The notes beneath the pieces were generated by a model. It was not told the origin of the DNA. It did no database searches and worked only from the letters and a program-made list of their open reading frames with translations. Both the position numbers and the translations under genes were made by a program. 64,000 nucleotides of DNA from an uncultured Gemmatimonadales bacterium (GTDB lineage Bacteria; Gemmatimonadota; Gemmatimonadetes; Longimicrobiales; Gaopeijiaceae): assembly GCA_963823035.1 (NCBI GenBank), contig CAWGKG010000014.1:192001-256000 (forward strand). The letters run 5' to 3'. Of this stretch, positions 60,366 to 64,000 are shown one piece after another (position 1 is the stretch's first letter; each line of letters starts with the position of its first letter).

Positions 60366-61169
60366 TCAGCGCCTTGTTGCCAAATAGCCCTTTGTGAACA
60401 GCAGCACGGCTCCACCCGCCGCGCCGGTGCCGTACAGCAGCGTCGCCTCATTCGGTGTGAGCACGACGATGGCACCCAGGCCTTCGGGGGGCATCGCATA
60501 CACCCCCTCAAGGGAAGTCGGCGTCCCGTCCAGTACCGCCAGCGCACAGGTCGCCCGACCCGGTACCAGCTTCACACAGGCATAAGGCTGCGGAGGTCGC
60601 TTCGACACGGGCAGGTCGTCCGTACGAACCACAGACATACCGGGGATCGACTGCCACTGCAGCACAGAGGCATAGTCCGTGGCATGCGCACGCTTCGCGA
60701 GAGCCACTGGGCCTACGAGTCTCTCCCCAAGCTCCTCGGCATGGACGCCAAACCTCTTGAGATCGTCTCTGATCCAGTCGAGCGCCCGCGCTTCGACTGT
60801 CATTCCCTCCAACTCGATGGGGTCGGGCGGCAACTCGAAATCCGCCTTCAGCGTCTTGCCCTCCTCCAAGAGCATGAGCGGCGAGACGAGGGCTCGGTAA
60901 CCCATCGCGTCAACCTTGATGACGTACGGTCGTCCGTCAGGGGCTGTCACGAGGTAAAACCCCGCCGAATCAGATACAGCCGACGCGGCTCCCTTTCCCT
61001 TTTCAGTCAACAACTTCACTTCCGCCCCAATGATCGGGCGTTGTGACACACCGTCGGTCACCCGCCCTTGCACTGATTGGCCCTCGACCGTACGGGGCAG
61101 AAAGCAGCCGATCACCGTGGCTAGCTGAAAGACCACAGAAGCCGTGGCTCTAAGGGATTGTCGAATCAT
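60366..61169 (-). CDS. exported protein with carboxypeptidase-regulatory-like and plug-like domains, first cassette gene
   Basis: VQGRVTD...PIIGAEV...SDSAGFY; YGTGAAGGAVLLFTK. Confidence 0.8.
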   Translation of the reverse strand: MIRQSLRATASVVFQLATVIGCFLPRTVEGQSVQGRVTDGVSQRPIIGAEVKLLTEKGKGAASAVSDSAGFYLVTAPDGRPYVIKVDAMGYRALVSPLMLLEEGKTLKADFELPPDPIELEGMTVEARALDWIRDDLKRFGVHAEELGERLVGPVALAKRAHATDYASVLQWQSIPGMSVVRTDDLPVSKRPPQPYACVKLVPGRATCALAVLDGTPTSLEGVYAMPPEGLGAIVVLTPNEATLLYGTGAAGGAVLLFTKGYLATRR

Positions 61170-61337
61170 CTGTTATCCCCCCGAGTGTCAGCCAGCTGGA
61201 GGTCACTGCACAAGCAGGCGATGCGCCCCGGATCGCTCTCTACGTACGCTGCCATTCAGCCTCGCTTGCATCCACAGAGGCGCATTCTATCTCGCAATGT
61301 GAACGACTTGGCAGGCGTTCTCGTCCATGACAATGCC

Positions 61338-61360
61338 GTGTAACGTCCTATTGCCGAACA
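61338..61360 (-). other. putative attI recombination site
   Basis: GGCAAT-AGGAC-G|TTACAC; matches R'' GTGTAAC of the first cassette; no attC hairpin upstream. Confidence 0.55.
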
Positions 61361-61451
61361 CCCTCCCCATCCCCACCCCGCCCTTCCCCGCCACCACGTT
61401 CGCAATCCCAACGCCGGGCCCGCGATATCCGAATCAACCGGCAGGTCCTGG

Positions 61452-61491
61452 AAACACAAAGCGGCCCGACGATGACTCGTGTCGGGCCGCT
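61452..61491 (-). terminator. intrinsic terminator after the ribonucleotide reductase gene
   Basis: AGCGGCCCGAC-10 nt-GTCGGGCCGCT followed by TTGTGTTT. Confidence 0.7.
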
Positions 61492-61617
61492 GACCATTGT
61501 CCGCTGCTGATTCCGCGCGCGAGCCAAGTGCGATGGCTCAAGATCCGGTGGTCTGGCTTTGAACGCTGGCTCTTCTCCGATGGACCGTTGACTATTCCGC
61601 AACCACAAGTCAGCGCC

Positions 61618-64000
61618 TCACCCGCACTCGCTGTACCCGCAGATGTGGCACTTCATGCACCCCTCCTCGTACGCCATCTGCCCACCCCCGCACTCGGGGC
61701 AGGCCCCGATGAAGCTCTGCTGCTGGATGCGGTGGTACGTGGAGGCGGGCTGGATCTGCGGGCCGGTGGGCGCCGGCGTGTGCAGGGTGAGCGGCAGGTC
61801 CTCCTGCACGCCCTCCTTCTCCTCGAGGTAGCGCTCGATGGCCTGGCCCACGGCGTCGGGCGCGGACAGCACCTTGTTGGGGCCGACGCCCGACGGCGCG
61901 GTCGCAGGAGATGCCGCGGAGCTGGTCCTTGATGCGCGCGATGGGGATGCCGGAGCGGAGCGCCAGCGAGACGAGGCGGCCGATCGCCTCGGCGTCCGCC
62001 ATGGCGGCGCCGCCGGCCTTGCCGAGCGTGCAGAACACCTCGAACGGACGGCCGTGGTCGTCCTCGTTGATCGTCACGTACAGGTCGCCGAGCGGCGACA
62101 TCATCTTCATGGTGTAGCCGCGTAGCGCCTGCGGGCGCTGCCGCTTGTTCCGCGCCGCGCCGGCCGTGACGTCGCGCTGGTGCAGCTCGCCCTTCAGGCG
62201 CTCCACCTCTACGCGCAGGTTGTGCGCCTCCTCGCGCGCGTCGGCCAGGCTGCTGCTCGAGCTCCGAGACCTGCGCCTGCACCTCGGGCGTGGCGGTTTG
62301 GCCTGTCTTCCCGGTGGAGAGCACCTGGCCCTGCCGCGAGCCGTCGCGGTAGACGGTCACGCCCTTGCAGCCGAGCTCGAAGGCCAGCTCGTAGATCTCG
62401 CGCACCTGCTCCTCGGTGGCCTCGTGCGGGAAGTTCGTGGTCTTGCTGATGGCCGAGTCGCAGTGCTCCTGGAAGGCGGCCTGCATGCGCACGTGCCACT
62501 CGGGCGTGATGTCGTGCGCCGTGCGGAACACGCGCTGCACGTCCTCGGGCACCTCCGGGAAGTGGATGTGGCCCTCCGTGGCGATGCCCTCCATGAGCTC
62601 CTCGGAGTACCACCCCTGCTCCTTGGCGATGCGCACGAAGTCGGGGTTGACGTCGGGCATGAGCGAGCCCGCCTGGTTGCGCATGAACGCGACGGCGAAC
62701 AGCGGCTCGATGCCGCCGGAGCAGCCGGCGAAGATCGAGATCGTACCGGTGGGGGCGACGGTGGTCAGGTTGCAGTTCCTGAGCTCGCGCTCGGGGCGCA
62801 CGCGCGTCCCGTCCGGACGGGTCGCGGCCTTCCCCTCGGGGCCCCAGATCGAAGCCTCCCACGCGGGGAAGACGCCCCGCGTCTCGGCCAGCCGCTCGGA
62901 GGCCGCGCGCGCCTCCTCGTTCACGAACTGCATCACGCGCCGGCCCATCTCCACACCGTCCTCGGAGTCGTAGGGGATGCCGAGGCGCACGAGCATGTCG
63001 GCCCACCCCATCACGCCGAGGCCGACGCGGCGGATGGTCTGCGCGAGGTTGTGGATCTCGTCGAGCGGGTAGCGGTTGGCGTCGATGACGTTGTCGAGGA
63101 AGTGCGTCGACAGGTGGATCACCTGACGCAGCGCGTCCCAATCGACCGCCTCCTCGGGGTCGTCCCCGGGGTGCGCGTCGGCCTTCACGAACTGGCCGAG
63201 ATTGATGCTTCCGAGGTTGCAGACGTCGTAGGGAAGCAAGGGTTGTTCGCCGCAATTGTGCTGTCACCAAAGCATTTACGACGATCGAGTGGGTGTGGAA
63301 CTCGGTCGTGCAGTACACGTCCTCGCTGCCCGCCGGCTCGATCGAAGCCACCTGCGTGACATAGCGCTCGCGGTTCGAGCGGCTGCGTCTTCGTCGGCGA
63401 TGGAAGGCCTCGGCCTTCTCCTGCTTCGCGGCGCGTGAGGAAGCCGATCTCGCGCAGATGAAGCGATCGCGGTTGATCTTGTCGAGGATGAGCTCGTACT
63501 GCGCGCGGTAGGCATACTCCTTCATGCCGCCGTGGCCGTCGGGCATCGCCTTGGTACCGGCCTCCCGACGCAGCCGGATGCGGCCCGAGATCCCGAAGTT
63601 GTGCAGGAGGATCTGGACCTCCCGCAGGAGCTCGGGCTCACTGCTGGCGAGGCGCACCGTGCAACGTGTGGCGCGTTGACGCTGGAGATGTTCACCGTCC
63701 CGTCGGCGGTGAACAGGCCCTGCAGGAAGCCGACGACGGCGTCGCGGGGCGCGCTCCACAGGGCGCGCGGGACGCGGCTGGACTTCCCGTCTTCCGTGAC
63801 CAGGCCGAGCGACTCGAGGAAGTAGTAGAGACCCGAGCGGAAGATGAGCTGCACGCGACCCTGCCGCTCCGTGCGGTTCCCCTTCATGCCGGTCCAGCGC
63901 CGGATGCGCGCCCGGAACTCGGGCTCGAGCTCACGCTCCGCGTCGCCGAAGAGGAGGCCGACCGGGTAGTTCGGCACCGTGCGACCTTCGGGCAGCTCCT
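61618..64000 (-). CDS. nrdJ: adenosylcobalamin-dependent (class II) ribonucleotide reductase, 3' part, intein-containing, several apparent frameshifts
   Basis: CGEQPL..CNLGSINL, RRVGLGVMG, VAPTGTIS, AISKTTN, KGVTVYRDGSR, TSCPD-like domain, C-terminal CPEC...CHIC. Confidence 0.92.
63255..64000 (-). mobile_element. intein with LAGLIDADG homing endonuclease (5' part outside window)
   Basis: FLQGLFTADG; block F EDVYCT; block G ends His-Asn followed by Cys-GEQP. Confidence 0.88.

Overview
High-GC bacterial chromosomal window; the gene content and protein features suggest Gemmatimonadota (inference). 1-19.2 kb is the core transcription/translation cluster on the minus strand: tRNA-Thr/Tyr/Gly/Thr, tuf, rpmG, secE, nusG, rplKAJL, rpoBC, then rpsL and rpsG. 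Between rpoC and rpsL lie serA and an unexplained four-gene RiPP-like module: HPr-kinase-like kinase, PqqD/RRE, PRMT-fold methyltransferase and an 82-aa Tat-like/YxxP peptide. 19-53 kb holds housekeeping and envelope genes (cysS, pyrFD, amidase, smpB, pgi, pyk, rnd, fabH, rocD, nitrilase, glutaminyl-cyclase-like M28, PadR/ABC permease, ThiF, metallopeptidase, TonB/TBDR). 54-61.4 kb is a lower-GC integron-type cassette array (putative attI plus attC sites, no intI in the window) carrying two attC parasites: an inverted, internally deleted tyrosine-recombinase element inserted at the G|TT of an attC inverse core, and a group II intron whose EBS1/EBS2 pair with the attC sequence it interrupts. 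The window ends in a class II ribonucleotide reductase with a LAGLIDADG intein at the catalytic Cys. Several +1 homopolymer frameshifts look like sequencing errors. All calls come from reading the sequence and ORF track; no searches were run.
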